A stretch of DNA of 64,000 nt from Bacteroidota bacterium (GCA_018266795.1 JAFDZV010000036.1:26971-90970); one strand, 5' to 3'; numbered from the stretch's first letter, positions 39,577 to 49,174 are shown. Notes: generated by a model from the letters alone, not told the origin. A program made the numbers and translations.

Positions 39577-39774
39577 GCTTCCCGCTTCATTGAAGCGTGC
39601 CCGGCATTTGTAGGAGATGATGGGCGCGATCATCGACGGCCCGGACTGCCAGCGTGCAGCCCGGGCCGTTCGGTTGAACGGGTTCGCTTCGTACCTTTGC
39701 AGGATTCATTCATCGGCGCGGCGCCATGCCGCCTGCGCCAGCGATTCAGAAACAGAGCAACAACGGCAACAGCG

Positions 39775-40906
39775 ATGTACGAGAACATTGAGGATAGACT
39801 GAACGACCAGCGCGTGAAGATCACCGACCTGCGGAGGTATCTTTGACATCGAACGCAAGGAACGTGATATAGCGGAGATGGAGGCGCGTTCGCAGGAGCC
39901 GGGCTTCTGGGACGACAACGTAGCCGCGCAGAAGGTGATGCGCGAGATTGCGACGCGCAAGGAGTGGGTGGAGCAGTGGAAGGCCGCCAGCCAGGCCGCC
40001 GACGATATCGGTGCGTTGATCGAGCTTGGGCGGGAGGCGGAGGATGACTCCATGGCCGGCGAGATGGAGACGGAGCTCTCCAGGCTCGGCGGGATGGTGG
40101 AGGGCCTGGAGTTCCGCAACATGCTCTCCGATCCGGATGACGTACGCGACGCCATCCTGAAGGTGCAGGCGGGAGCCGGAGGAACGGAGGCGCAGGACTG
40201 GGCGCAGATGCTGCTCCGGATGTACATGCGCTGGGCGGAGCGGAAGGGCTACAACATTGCGCTGCTCGATGAGCAGGAGGGAGATCAGGCCGGTCTGAAG
40301 TCCGCCTCCATCGAGATCAGCGGCCCGTATGCGTTCGGCAATCTCAAGTCGGAGAACGGCGTTCACCGTCTGGTGCGCATATCGCCCTACGATGCCGCCG
40401 CGCGCCGGCATACATCGTTCGCCTCGATCTTCGTGTATCCGGTTGTGGACGATGACGTTGCCGTGGAGATCAATCCTGCCGACGTCACGCTGGAGACGTT
40501 TCGCTCCGGCGGCAAGGGCGGGCAGAACGTGAACAAGGTGGAAACGGCCGTGCGCCTTCGGTACGACTACACCAGCCCGCGCGGCGATAAGCATCAGATC
40601 ATCGTGAGCTGCCAGGAGGAGCGCTCGCAGCTCCAGAACCGCGAACGCGCGATGAAGATGCTGAAGTCCGAAGTGTACGAGATCCTGCGGCGCGAGGAGG
40701 AGGAGCGGAAGGCCGCGATCGAGGGTGCGAAGAAGAAGATCGAATGGGGAAGCCAGGTGCGCAACTACGTGTTCCAGCCGTACACGCTCGTGAAGGATAC
40801 GCGCACCGGTGAGGAGACCGGTGACGTACAGGCGGTGATGAACGGCGAGATCGATCCGTTCATCAAGGCGTATCTGATGGAGTATGCAACGCCGCCCGGG
40901 GATTGA
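39775..40906 (+). CDS. prfB: Peptide chain release factor 2, translated with a programmed +1 frameshift at 39841-39847.
   Basis: Frame 0 encodes MYENIEDRLNDQRVKITDLRRYL and then hits CTT TGA C. The +1 frame continues DIERKERDIAEMEARSQ... through the GGQ motif (FRSGGKGGQNVNKVETAVRL) to the stop at 40906. The whole length aligns with E. coli RF2; the SPF motif reads SPY here. Confidence 0.92.
39831..39847 (+). promoter_or_regulatory. prfB: prfB autoregulatory +1 frameshift cassette: internal SD (GGAGG), UAU spacer, CUU UGA C.
   Basis: gcGGAGGtatCTTTGAC has the identical spacing and slippery codon as the canonical RF2 frameshift site. Confidence 0.9.
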
Positions 40907-41085
40907 TTGCCTGCGTACTGCGCCTCGTGTGAGTCACGAAGCGCTTCGGAGGAACTCTGCGTGCCGTCGCGAGCTGCGCGACGGCGTTCGGGGAGTCGAA
41001 TGACGACGTTCCCCCGTGTCTGTAGAATTCGGCCTGCCCCGGTACGTTCGCGTGACGGGGCAGATGCCGGCCATCGTCGAGTGGA

Positions 41086-41595
41086 ATGATGAAGCTGCCG
41101 TTCGCTGTGTTTCTGCTTTCGCTGCTGCTGATGATGCCGCGGGTTCCGGTGCTTGCCCAGGCGCAGCACACTCGTCCGATCCCGCCATCGCCCCCAACGC
41201 ACTATCTCTCCTTCGAGGCGATCGCCATCTCCTCGGTGAATTTCTCCTACGAGTATCGGATGAACGACTATTTCCGTGGACGCACGGGGATTACGTCCAT
41301 CCCGACATTCAATCCGGCCAACGCACGAGTCGGGGTGCCGTTGATGGCCTCCTTCGTGGCGGGTGGCGAAGTCGTCAAGGTGGAGGTTGGCGGCGGCGCG
41401 ATATTTCCACTCGGGAATGGTTCCGTTGTCGCAACCGGTGTGCTGGCGATTCGCTTCGAGCCGAGAGACTACGGCCTGTTCGGTTCGCTTGGCTGGCGGC
41501 CGGTCTTCATGCCGACGTCGGAGGATGCGTTCGCCGATTTCGTCCGCATCTTCCCGCTGCTCGGCGTTGGAGCGCGCATCGGATACTGCTTCTAG
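41086..41595 (+). CDS. Small predicted beta-barrel outer-membrane protein (169 aa).
   Basis: Signal peptide MMKLPFAVFLLSLLLMMPRVPVLAQA. Alternating hydrophobic beta-strand pattern. C-terminus ends ...RIGYCF, an aromatic terminal residue typical of outer-membrane proteins. Confidence 0.5.
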   Translation: MMKLPFAVFLLSLLLMMPRVPVLAQAQHTRPIPPSPPTHYLSFEAIAISSVNFSYEYRMNDYFRGRTGITSIPTFNPANARVGVPLMASFVAGGEVVKVEVGGGAIFPLGNGSVVATGVLAIRFEPRDYGLFGSLGWRPVFMPTSEDAFADFVRIFPLLGVGARIGYCF

Positions 41596-41684
41596 GCTTT
41601 ATCCGACAATCTTGTCCGGGCCGGACCGCGGGCCCTGGTGCCCATCGCGACGTTGCACTTCGTGCAGAGAAGTGCCGTACGGAA

Positions 41685-41927
41685 TTACTCATCCGCGGTA
41701 TGATCGGACGTATCGCCTGCGTCGGAGGAATGCCGGCCGGTGCGCTGGCGCATGTAGGAGCGGGCCACGAACGCGGACGCGACCAGGAAGATCACCATCA
41801 ACCCCACCTCGATCCAATCCGAGAGTATCCACGATCTGAACGCCACCCTGCCGCCGTTCGATGCGATCCAGAGATCGGCCATGATGACGCTCGTGAAGAA
41901 GAGAAGGGCAGCAAGGATCGGTTTCAT
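41685..41927 (-). CDS. Small hypothetical membrane protein (~80 aa, two hydrophobic segments).
   Basis: MKPILAALLFFTSVIMADLWIA...IEVGLMVIFLVASAFVARSY. The start was chosen after the shadow-like upstream portion of the ORF. Confidence 0.3.
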   Translation of the reverse strand: MKPILAALLFFTSVIMADLWIASNGGRVAFRSWILSDWIEVGLMVIFLVASAFVARSYMRQRTGRHSSDAGDTSDHTADE

Positions 41928-42078
41928 GCGTGCATGTGTGAATACTGAATCGATACCGGCCGCCATCGCGGTTGCGTGAACGAAGATACGACCTCCGCGG
42001 CCTTTGCGTCCCTCGGTGCCCATTCTCCGGCGATGGAAGGAGTCTGGCAATACACGACTTCCGTATCTTGGCCGGCCT

Positions 42079-42735
42079 ATGAGCACAGCGGACTACTATC
42101 TCGAGAAGGATGCATCCTACTATGCACTGGTGCGCTACGATGTGATCGGAATGATTCCGCGCGGCGTTCGCCGGATGCTGGACATCGGTTGCAGCAACGG
42201 CGCAACCTCCGCGGTGGCCAAGGAGCAGTTGGGGATCGAGGAGACGGTGGGAGTGGAGCCGTTCGCTTCCAGTGCGGCGCTGGCGGCCGGGCACATGGAT
42301 CGTGTGATCAACGCGGACATCGAGGTGCTGGAGGATCTGGGCTTTCCGGAGGGATACTTCGACTGCATCATCTGCGCCGATGTGCTGGAGCATCTGCGCG
42401 ATCCCTGGGCCGTACTCCGATTCCTTCGCAGGTATCTGAGCGACGACGGATGTCTCATCGCCAGCATCCCGAACATCCAGCACATCGTTCCGCTGCTGAA
42501 GATGGCGCGCAACCGGTTCGAGTACGAGGAGCACGGCATCCTGGATAGGACTCATCTCCGGTTCTTCACGCTTCACACGATGATCCGCATGTTCAACGAT
42601 AGCGGGTTTGCGGTGGAGATGGTGGAATCGAATCGCAGCAACAGCCTGCCCTACAGGCTCGCCACCATCGCATCCCTCGGCCTCTTCCGCCCGTTCACCG
42701 TCTTTCAGTACCGCCTCCGCTGCCGCAAGGCGTAG
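42079..42735 (+). CDS. Class I SAM-dependent methyltransferase (218 aa).
   Basis: Motif I MLDIGCSNGATS, then ADVLEHLRDPW and DDGCLIASIPN. Start trimmed to MSTADYYLEKD. Confidence 0.7.
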   Translation: MSTADYYLEKDASYYALVRYDVIGMIPRGVRRMLDIGCSNGATSAVAKEQLGIEETVGVEPFASSAALAAGHMDRVINADIEVLEDLGFPEGYFDCIICADVLEHLRDPWAVLRFLRRYLSDDGCLIASIPNIQHIVPLLKMARNRFEYEEHGILDRTHLRFFTLHTMIRMFNDSGFAVEMVESNRSNSLPYRLATIASLGLFRPFTVFQYRLRCRKA

Positions 42736-42804
42736 CGCCTGCAGAGGGGGGGGGCGTCCGAAGGTGCTCGAGCGTTGTGATGCGAGCACAACGGGGACTG
42801 CGCG

Positions 42805-43479
42805 TCAACGTTCGCGCCACTCGATCCCTTCGCGCATTGTCGCGCCGGGCTGGCCTCCGATTACGGCATTCGGCGTGGAGAGCGCCCGTGAAATCAACGA
42901 ACCAGCCGCCACTACGCAGCCGTCCGGAATTACCGCCCCTTTCAGTATCAGACTCCTGCAGCCGACCCAGACATGTTCTCCGATCACGACGGGAGTGTCG
43001 GGGTTCAGAAGGGCGCCGTTCGCGTCGTGAATCGGATGGAAGTCCGTATCCATTATCTGAATGTCCCACGACAGGAGCGAGCCGGCTCCGATCGTAATCG
43101 CGCAGTGACTGATGATCGCGGTCTCGGCGGTAACGTTCACGTCGCTGCCCACGGTGAGCACCGCGCCGGTGTGAACGGAGAGCTTCGTGCCGTGCCCCAT
43201 CCCGCAGCGTCCCTTGAACACCACGCTTCCGCCCACATCCCAGATGGAGCGCGAGCGATGTTGGTCGAAGATGCTTACCTGCCCGAAGCCCAGATGAATC
43301 ATGCGCGGCCGCACCGGCCCTTCGATCGCAACGGACCCCTTCATCCGAAACAGCCAGACGCGATGCGATACGATGATCGGGAACCTCAGCGCGTCGCGAA
43401 GCGGCAGATACCGGAGATTGAAGATGATGGTCTTCGGGAGAGCGAGGAGGAAGAGGATAACGGAGCGAAGCGTCTGCAT
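42805..43479 (-). CDS. Hexapeptide-repeat (left-handed beta-helix) acetyltransferase, WcaF/WbbJ-like (224 aa).
   Basis: Repeated [LIV]-G-x-x-x-x hexads (ISHCAITIGAGSLLSWDIQIMD, VVIGEHVWVGCRSLILKGAVIPDGCVVAAGSLI) arranged as in sugar O-acetyltransferases. Confidence 0.7.
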   Translation of the reverse strand: MQTLRSVILFLLALPKTIIFNLRYLPLRDALRFPIIVSHRVWLFRMKGSVAIEGPVRPRMIHLGFGQVSIFDQHRSRSIWDVGGSVVFKGRCGMGHGTKLSVHTGAVLTVGSDVNVTAETAIISHCAITIGAGSLLSWDIQIMDTDFHPIHDANGALLNPDTPVVIGEHVWVGCRSLILKGAVIPDGCVVAAGSLISRALSTPNAVIGGQPGATMREGIEWRER

Positions 43480-43520
43480 GGGTTCCTATCAAACGGCTGA
43501 TCAGGTTATCAGCGGTCGTT

Positions 43521-43553
43521 CACGACTGAGGGCCTGGTTCTTCGTACGCTCGC
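43521..43553. repeat. 32-nt intergenic repeat (copy 1), followed by a 9-bp GC hairpin.
   Basis: cctggttcttcgtacgctcgcctgcggctcgc matches 49035-49067 at 31/32 positions. Downstream, GCGGCTCGC...GCGAGCCGC forms a stem. Confidence 0.6.
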
Positions 43554-43615
43554 CTGCGGCTCGCCGAGAGTTCCTGGCAGCCGCACGGAAAAGCCGAGCG
43601 GAAGCGAGCCGCATG

Positions 43616-45130
43616 CTACGACCTCTGCCCCCTGCGCGTGCCGAAGATACGACCGATCGAGCGACGGAGCACGCTCAGCAGAAGCGCGAGGAGCGATTGT
43701 CCCGATTGCGAGGACCGCATGCCCAGCATCATGTGCAGGTCGTGGATGTCGGTTCGCGACAACCGGCTGGTAGCGGAGTCGATGGCGGTGGAGGCGGAGA
43801 GCACGTCCTTCAGAAGCTCGTTCAGGCGGTTTGCCATCTCCTGCAACTGGCGCATCTGCGACTCGGACCCGCCGGACTTCAACAGCATCTGTACATGCTC
43901 GTACAGCAGGGCCGCCTCGCGCAGGGCATCCGCGTCTATCCCCTCCTGAAAATCCTCCTCGACCTCTGCCAGCAGTTCGCGGATCTCCTCGATCTCGCTC
44001 TCGCGAAGCGTGAAGATCGCATCGGAGGAGATGTCGTTCACGTTGACGAAGACGGAGGAGAGCTCCTCGATCTCGCGCCCGTAGCTCCGCTTCAGTTTGT
44101 CCGTGATGGCGGATCGCACCTGCTCCACGCGGCGAGCCAGCGAGACGGCCTTGTCCGAGGATGTCTTGCTGACCTGCGCGCGCGTGATGCGCAACTCCTC
44201 CTCCAGCTGTACAAGGTTGCGCTGCTCCGCGCTGGAGCCGCGGCGCGCGAGGTCGTGCAGCAGCTTGTCGTCAGGGATGATCGTGGCGTTGCCGATCTTG
44301 ATCGTGTTGATTCGGATCGTGTCACCGAGCGCGGAGCGGATCTTCTCCACATCCAGATGGCAGGCGCCGTCGGTCACCATCAGGATCTCCGCGCCGGAGA
44401 GCGTGGACTGCGCCCGGATGTCGTCAGCGGCCTGAAGAATCGCGCGCTCCATCACCGTGCCGTTTCCCAGTCTGCTCAGGCGCATGACGTAGCGAATAAG
44501 GCTCCACAGCCCGCTGCTGTCGGTTGCGGTCTGCAGCGGCCCCAGATCGGTATCGAACGTCCGGAGATAGATGTGCCCCAGCTCGCGCAGGTTGCGCTTC
44601 AGAAAGACGTAGGTCACTGCCTTGGCCATCTGAAAGCGATGGTGCGATGTCATCGAGGTGGAGGTATCCAGCAGGAGATAGACCTTCTGCTTGAAGTTGT
44701 TCGGGGAGTAGTCCGAACCGGAGGAACCGAAGGGGATGATAACCGGCGTGCGCGGCACGTTGATCCAGAGCGAGCGCGTGGCCAGGCGATGCATGAACAC
44801 TTCGTCCGGCAGCAGATACTGATGCGGAAAGATCCGCTTGATGTCGCTGATGTTCTGCATCAGTGCGGCCTCGTACTCCTCGCCGTGCGTCACGTTCCGA
44901 TTGGGCACCCATTCGCGCGATGCAGGCTCGCGCTTCGGCTCCACGATCGCGGAGACCGTCATTACCGATTCGATGGATCGGAAGAGCGGCGAGTCCGGAT
45001 CCTCCAGGACACGGGCAATCTCGAAGACCGCCGTGAAGTCCTCGGGAAGAAGTTCATCGAGCCCGCGGAGGTAGCCGAATTCCTCCATGTGCTCGAAGAA
45101 GGAGCTATGCGTGAGAACCGCATGGCGCAT
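43616..45130 (-). CDS. VWA-domain protein (504 aa), partner of the upstream AAA+ ATPase.
   Basis: MIDAS motif VYLLLDTSTSMT within a VWA-like fold, and a C-terminal coiled-coil-rich region. Its start overlaps the stop of the AAA+ gene at 45130. Confidence 0.65.
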   Translation of the reverse strand: MRHAVLTHSSFFEHMEEFGYLRGLDELLPEDFTAVFEIARVLEDPDSPLFRSIESVMTVSAIVEPKREPASREWVPNRNVTHGEEYEAALMQNISDIKRIFPHQYLLPDEVFMHRLATRSLWINVPRTPVIIPFGSSGSDYSPNNFKQKVYLLLDTSTSMTSHHRFQMAKAVTYVFLKRNLRELGHIYLRTFDTDLGPLQTATDSSGLWSLIRYVMRLSRLGNGTVMERAILQAADDIRAQSTLSGAEILMVTDGACHLDVEKIRSALGDTIRINTIKIGNATIIPDDKLLHDLARRGSSAEQRNLVQLEEELRITRAQVSKTSSDKAVSLARRVEQVRSAITDKLKRSYGREIEELSSVFVNVNDISSDAIFTLRESEIEEIRELLAEVEEDFQEGIDADALREAALLYEHVQMLLKSGGSESQMRQLQEMANRLNELLKDVLSASTAIDSATSRLSRTDIHDLHMMLGMRSSQSGQSLLALLLSVLRRSIGRIFGTRRGQRS

Positions 45131-46455
45131 CAGTGAAGCGGCGTCTCGATGCTGTTGCGAACGTTGAAGATCACGTGTGCGTCGTACTGGAGCTTGGATC
45201 GAAGCTCCCGCACCTCGTCCGTTGCCGGCTGGAATCGTTCAAGGTACTCGGTAACCAGGCGTCGGTTGTTCTCCACGGCCACATCCGCCATGCCGAACGC
45301 CTCGCGGGCCCACTCGCGCAGCGTCCGTTTGATCGGCATGTTCTCGATGTTCGTGATCGGCTGGCTGAGCAGGTCGGGCTGTGCCTTCAACTGATCCAGC
45401 AGCGCCTTGAAATCGAGCAGCGTCTTCAACTGCTCCATCGCCTGGCTTGCGAGGAACTGATGCTGAAGGGTCTGCGTGGCCTTGGTCCAGGCGGCGCGTT
45501 CGTCGTCCAGCCCGACCGTGGTGAAGAGTACGTAGAGCTTGTCCACGTCGCTCTGCGTTACCGTTGTTCGCCCATGCATGAAGGCGATTGCGCGGAGCAG
45601 ATCGAACGCCTTCACCTGCTTGCGCGGGGAGATGTAGTAGTCGCGCTGATGAGCGGCCGGAGAGCCCTGCGCCAGGCTTCGGTTGCGCAGTTCCTCGTAG
45701 TATCGTATTACGATATTGGTATAGTACGCGATCTCGTTCGGCACGGTGATCTGCATGATCGGGCTCGTGCCCTGGCAGATCCGGGTTACCTCCAGGAGAG
45801 TGGCGAACGAAATCCGTTTCGGAGGGACCACGGGCTGGCCGCCGTGCATCAGATACTGCTGCGAGATGCGGTACTGATGATAGGGGTCCTTGTCCGGGAA
45901 CACAACGGACTGGTAGGTGAAGCGGTCCAGCAGCGCCTCGGTGATCTCGCTGATGCGCAGATAGTTGGTTGCGGCGATCACGGTATGGATGGCCGCGCGC
46001 TGCCGCTGAATGCCGAGGATCAACTCGCGTTCGTTCAGGAGCGAGAGGAGGGCGCGGAGCGTGAAGTCGTTGGCATCGAAGATCTCGTCGATGAATCCGA
46101 ACTCGCTTTCAACGAGCGACCCCTCCGTATTGTGAACGATCTTCCCCACCTTCAGCTCCTCCACGTTGAGGCCGCCGAAGTAGGTGTCCGGCTGCTGCTC
46201 CTTCGAGGCCTGCACCTTGAAGTAGCGCGCGTCGGTGAACATGAGGAACACCTGTTCGGTCAGCAGCGACTTGCCGACGCCCGTACGGCTCTGAATCAGC
46301 GCGTGCTCGCCCGTCAGCAGGGCGCAGAAGAGCTGTTCGATCACGTCGGTGCGATTGATGACGCGGCGGTTGACGAAGTCGATGGCGTCCTGGAGGTCGA
46401 GGATAACCTGCTGGGAGTTGAATGCAGTGCTGGCAGCTTCTGTCACGGAGCGCAC
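45130..46455 (-). CDS. MoxR/RavA-like AAA+ ATPase (441 aa).
   Basis: Walker A GEHALIQSRTGVGKSLL. Walker B and sensor region FGFIDEIFDAN...VIAATNYL. Arrangement resembles RavA-ViaA or NorQ-NorD pairs. Confidence 0.65.
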   Translation of the reverse strand: MRSVTEAASTAFNSQQVILDLQDAIDFVNRRVINRTDVIEQLFCALLTGEHALIQSRTGVGKSLLTEQVFLMFTDARYFKVQASKEQQPDTYFGGLNVEELKVGKIVHNTEGSLVESEFGFIDEIFDANDFTLRALLSLLNERELILGIQRQRAAIHTVIAATNYLRISEITEALLDRFTYQSVVFPDKDPYHQYRISQQYLMHGGQPVVPPKRISFATLLEVTRICQGTSPIMQITVPNEIAYYTNIVIRYYEELRNRSLAQGSPAAHQRDYYISPRKQVKAFDLLRAIAFMHGRTTVTQSDVDKLYVLFTTVGLDDERAAWTKATQTLQHQFLASQAMEQLKTLLDFKALLDQLKAQPDLLSQPITNIENMPIKRTLREWAREAFGMADVAVENNRRLVTEYLERFQPATDEVRELRSKLQYDAHVIFNVRNSIETPLH

Positions 46456-46612
46456 TCTCCTTGGTTGGCGGAACCGGTATGAAGGATCTGCCGATCCGGC
46501 GGCCGGGGGTGCGAAGGCCCTGCCGGGTCAACGGGCGAATATACGTTTCAAACCACGCAACACATCATCGTTTCCATCACCGGATCTATATTCGCCGGCG
46601 CTCGGATCTCTC

Positions 46613-47497
46613 ATGAATATCTACTTCGCCTACGGGCTTACCCTCGCCTCGGAACTCGAGCTTCCCTCCCTCGCACGCGGGGAGGGGCGCGCGGACATTG
46701 CCGTGCGCCTCGGCGTACCTGCGGAACGCCCGCCGTCGGAGATCGGCATCCATGGCTACTACGCGCTGGGGCCGGCAGTGGCCCACTACGTGTGGCGGGG
46801 TGTCGGCTGCTTTGCGGTCAGGGATGGCAGTGAGATCGTCGCGGAGCTGGAGCCGGGCGCGGACGATGCCTCGGTGGCCAACCTGATTACCGGCTCGCTT
46901 CTCGCCATCGCAATGCATCAGCGCGGTCTTCTCGTGCTGCACGGATGCGGTGTCGAAATCGGCGGCCATGTGGTCGGCTTCGTTGCCGATACGGGAGGGG
47001 GGAAGTCCACCACGGCCGCAGCGTTCGTACGCGCCGGGTATCCGATGGTGACGGACGATCTGCTCGTGATCGAGCCGGGGCCTAACGGCACCCTTCCGGT
47101 TGTTCGTTCCGGGCCTGCCCGGATGAAGCTATGGCCGGATACGCTTCGCACGTTCGGGCATGAGCCGGGAAGTCTGCCGAAGGTGGTAGGCCCGCGCGAC
47201 AAACGGTTGATCGATGCAGATCTGCATACGGGCGCCGCGTGGTTGCCGCTGGCTGCGATTCACGAGCTCGCGTGGGGGGAGGAAACCCGGATCGAACCGC
47301 TTGCGCCGCAGGAGGCGCTCCTTGCGCTGGTTCGCAACTCCTACTGCGTAAAGCTTCTGGACCGTATGGGGAACCAGGGAGCGTTCCTGCAGTTGTGTGC
47401 TCTTCTGGCATCGCAGGTGCCGGTGCGGCGGCTGGTGCGGGTTCGCGATCTGGATCGGCTGGAGGAGTTGGTGGAAAATATGAGATATGAAATATGA
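46613..47497 (+). CDS. HPr-kinase C-terminal-domain-like P-loop protein (HprK-related kinase), 294 aa.
   Basis: VLHGCGVEIGGHVVGFVADTGGGKSTTAAAFVRAGYPMVTDDLLVIE parallels the HprK P-loop region (GxxGxGKS...LVADD). Confidence 0.5.
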   Translation: MNIYFAYGLTLASELELPSLARGEGRADIAVRLGVPAERPPSEIGIHGYYALGPAVAHYVWRGVGCFAVRDGSEIVAELEPGADDASVANLITGSLLAIAMHQRGLLVLHGCGVEIGGHVVGFVADTGGGKSTTAAAFVRAGYPMVTDDLLVIEPGPNGTLPVVRSGPARMKLWPDTLRTFGHEPGSLPKVVGPRDKRLIDADLHTGAAWLPLAAIHELAWGEETRIEPLAPQEALLALVRNSYCVKLLDRMGNQGAFLQLCALLASQVPVRRLVRVRDLDRLEELVENMRYEI

Positions 47498-47539
47498 AGG
47501 TGTCCGCTCAGTGACCCGACGGGTTCGGGGAATCAGATA

Positions 47540-47700
47540 TTGTCACTCTGACGAGTGAAACGAGGAGGAAGACCGTCGCACGCCGCGCACGCGACTCGGG
47601 GTGACAAGACGTGGTTGAGAGTCGACATGGTCATGATGAGTGTGCCACTGCTGGTATGGTCATCCTGACGACGAGCGAAGCGAGGAGGAAGGATCCTGGC
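47540..47700. repeat. Intergenic region with two tandem degenerate copies of a GTCA(T/C)(C/T)CTGA...GCGAAGCGAGGAGGAAG motif.
   Basis: The copies are attgtcactctgacgagtgaaacgaggaggaag and ggtcatcctgacgacgagcgaagcgaggaggaaggatcc. There are also repeated gggtgacaa..gtt..gatgag blocks at 47593 and 47823. A related gtcatcctgagc...gcgaaggatctc lies at 53758. Confidence 0.5.
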
Positions 47701-47869
47701 GTAGACAGGTGGTGATTGACAACGCAGCCTGCACCGCCACGGTTAAATCAGTATGGAATCTGTCTGATCTTGCCCCGAAAGCGTGGACACCCTTCGCCGC
47801 GTGCTACGCACGCGGCGAAGGGTGACAAAGAGGGTTATGATGAGATATGATCATCCTCTCTTCCATGTC

Positions 47870-48979
47870 TCATAGTTTCCCCTCGTGCCACTCCGTGATC
47901 ACGCCGCCGCCGATGACATCATCTCCTTCATAGAGCACCACGCTCTGGCCGCGTGTGATTGCGCGCCGGGGCTCGTCGAACAACAGATCCAGGGTTCCGT
48001 CCGGGAGCGTACGGGCGGTGGCGGGCGCACCTTCGTCCTTGTAGCGGATCTTGGCCGTTACGCGGAGCGGTTCATCGATGGAGGCATACTTGATCAGATT
48101 CACATTCGAGGCGCGAAGGCCGCGATGCATCAACTGATCGTTGCCTCCAACCTCCACCGTGTTGGTTGATGCATCGATGTTGATCACGTAGAGCGGATCG
48201 GCCGAGGAGATACCGAGGCCGCGGCGCTGGCCAACAGTGTAGAACGGGAAGCCGGCGTGCCGGCCGATCACCTTCCCGTCCTGAACGATGTCGCCTCCCT
48301 TGACGCGATCGTCGAGACCCGGAACGTTGTCGCGCAGGAAGCGCGTGTAGTCGTTGTCCGGAATGAAGCAGATCTCGTACGACTCCTGCTTCCCGGCAAC
48401 CGGCAGATCCAGGCGGGCTGCGATTGCGCGCGACTCCGGCTTCGTGAGATCGGCGAGGGGGAAGATCGTGCGGGCCAGCGACTCCTGTGCAACCGCCCAG
48501 AGCGCGTACGACTGGTCCTTCGATGCATCCAGCCCGCGGCTGAGGATATACCGTCCGCTCTCCACGTTGCGGCGGATACGGGCATAGTGGCCGGTGGCAA
48601 CAAACGCCGCACCGAGCGAATCGGCGCGCCGGAGCATCTCCGCCCACTTGATCTTCCGGTTGCACATCACGCACGGGTTCGGCGTGTCGCCCGCCAGGTA
48701 TGCGCCAACGAAGTAGTCGATGATCTCCTCGCCGAAGCGCTCGGTGAAGTCGTACACATAGTGCGGAATGCCGAGCCGGATCGCCACACGCCGCGCATCG
48801 TTGATCCCGTCCAGCGAGCAGCAGCTGGTGTCGCTGCCGACATTGCCCCCTACATCCTCGTACCGGTAGGTCTTGATCGTAATGCCCACCACGTCGTAGC
48901 CCTGCTCCACGAGCAGCGCCGCGGCCACCGACGAATCGAGACCGCCGGACATTCCGACGATGACGCGAGGCTTGGACAT
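47870..48979 (-). CDS. mnmA: tRNA-specific 2-thiouridylase MnmA.
   Basis: PP-loop MSKPRVIVGMSGGLDSSVAAALL. Catalytic Cys region CCSLDG...YVYDF. Alignable along the full 369 aa. Confidence 0.9.
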   Translation of the reverse strand: MSKPRVIVGMSGGLDSSVAAALLVEQGYDVVGITIKTYRYEDVGGNVGSDTSCCSLDGINDARRVAIRLGIPHYVYDFTERFGEEIIDYFVGAYLAGDTPNPCVMCNRKIKWAEMLRRADSLGAAFVATGHYARIRRNVESGRYILSRGLDASKDQSYALWAVAQESLARTIFPLADLTKPESRAIAARLDLPVAGKQESYEICFIPDNDYTRFLRDNVPGLDDRVKGGDIVQDGKVIGRHAGFPFYTVGQRRGLGISSADPLYVINIDASTNTVEVGGNDQLMHRGLRASNVNLIKYASIDEPLRVTAKIRYKDEGAPATARTLPDGTLDLLFDEPRRAITRGQSVVLYEGDDVIGGGVITEWHEGKL

Positions 48980-49034
48980 GGAAGTAGGGTTCCTAACAGA
49001 ACGGTCCGAATGTCAACAACGGCTGCTGGCTACC

Positions 49035-49067
49035 ATGAGCCTGGTTCTTTGTACGCTCGCCTGCGGC
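49035..49067. repeat. 32-nt intergenic repeat (copy 2).
   Basis: cctggttctttgtacgctcgcctgcggctcgc. Like copy 1, it sits between two minus-strand genes. Confidence 0.6.
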
Positions 49068-49174
49068 TCGCTTTGGTTCTTGGTCAGTTGCAAGAATCCG
49101 GAGTTGCCGCTGCCCATTGAGAGCCGGTTCTGAAACTTCGCAGGCCCAGGAACCAAGAACGAAGACCTACGCTC

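Noticed and set aside
41689-42789. 366-aa minus-strand ORF overlapping the methyltransferase gene.
   Set aside because: Arg/His/Gly-rich shadow of the plus-strand SAM methyltransferase, which has a clear motif I (DIGCSNG).
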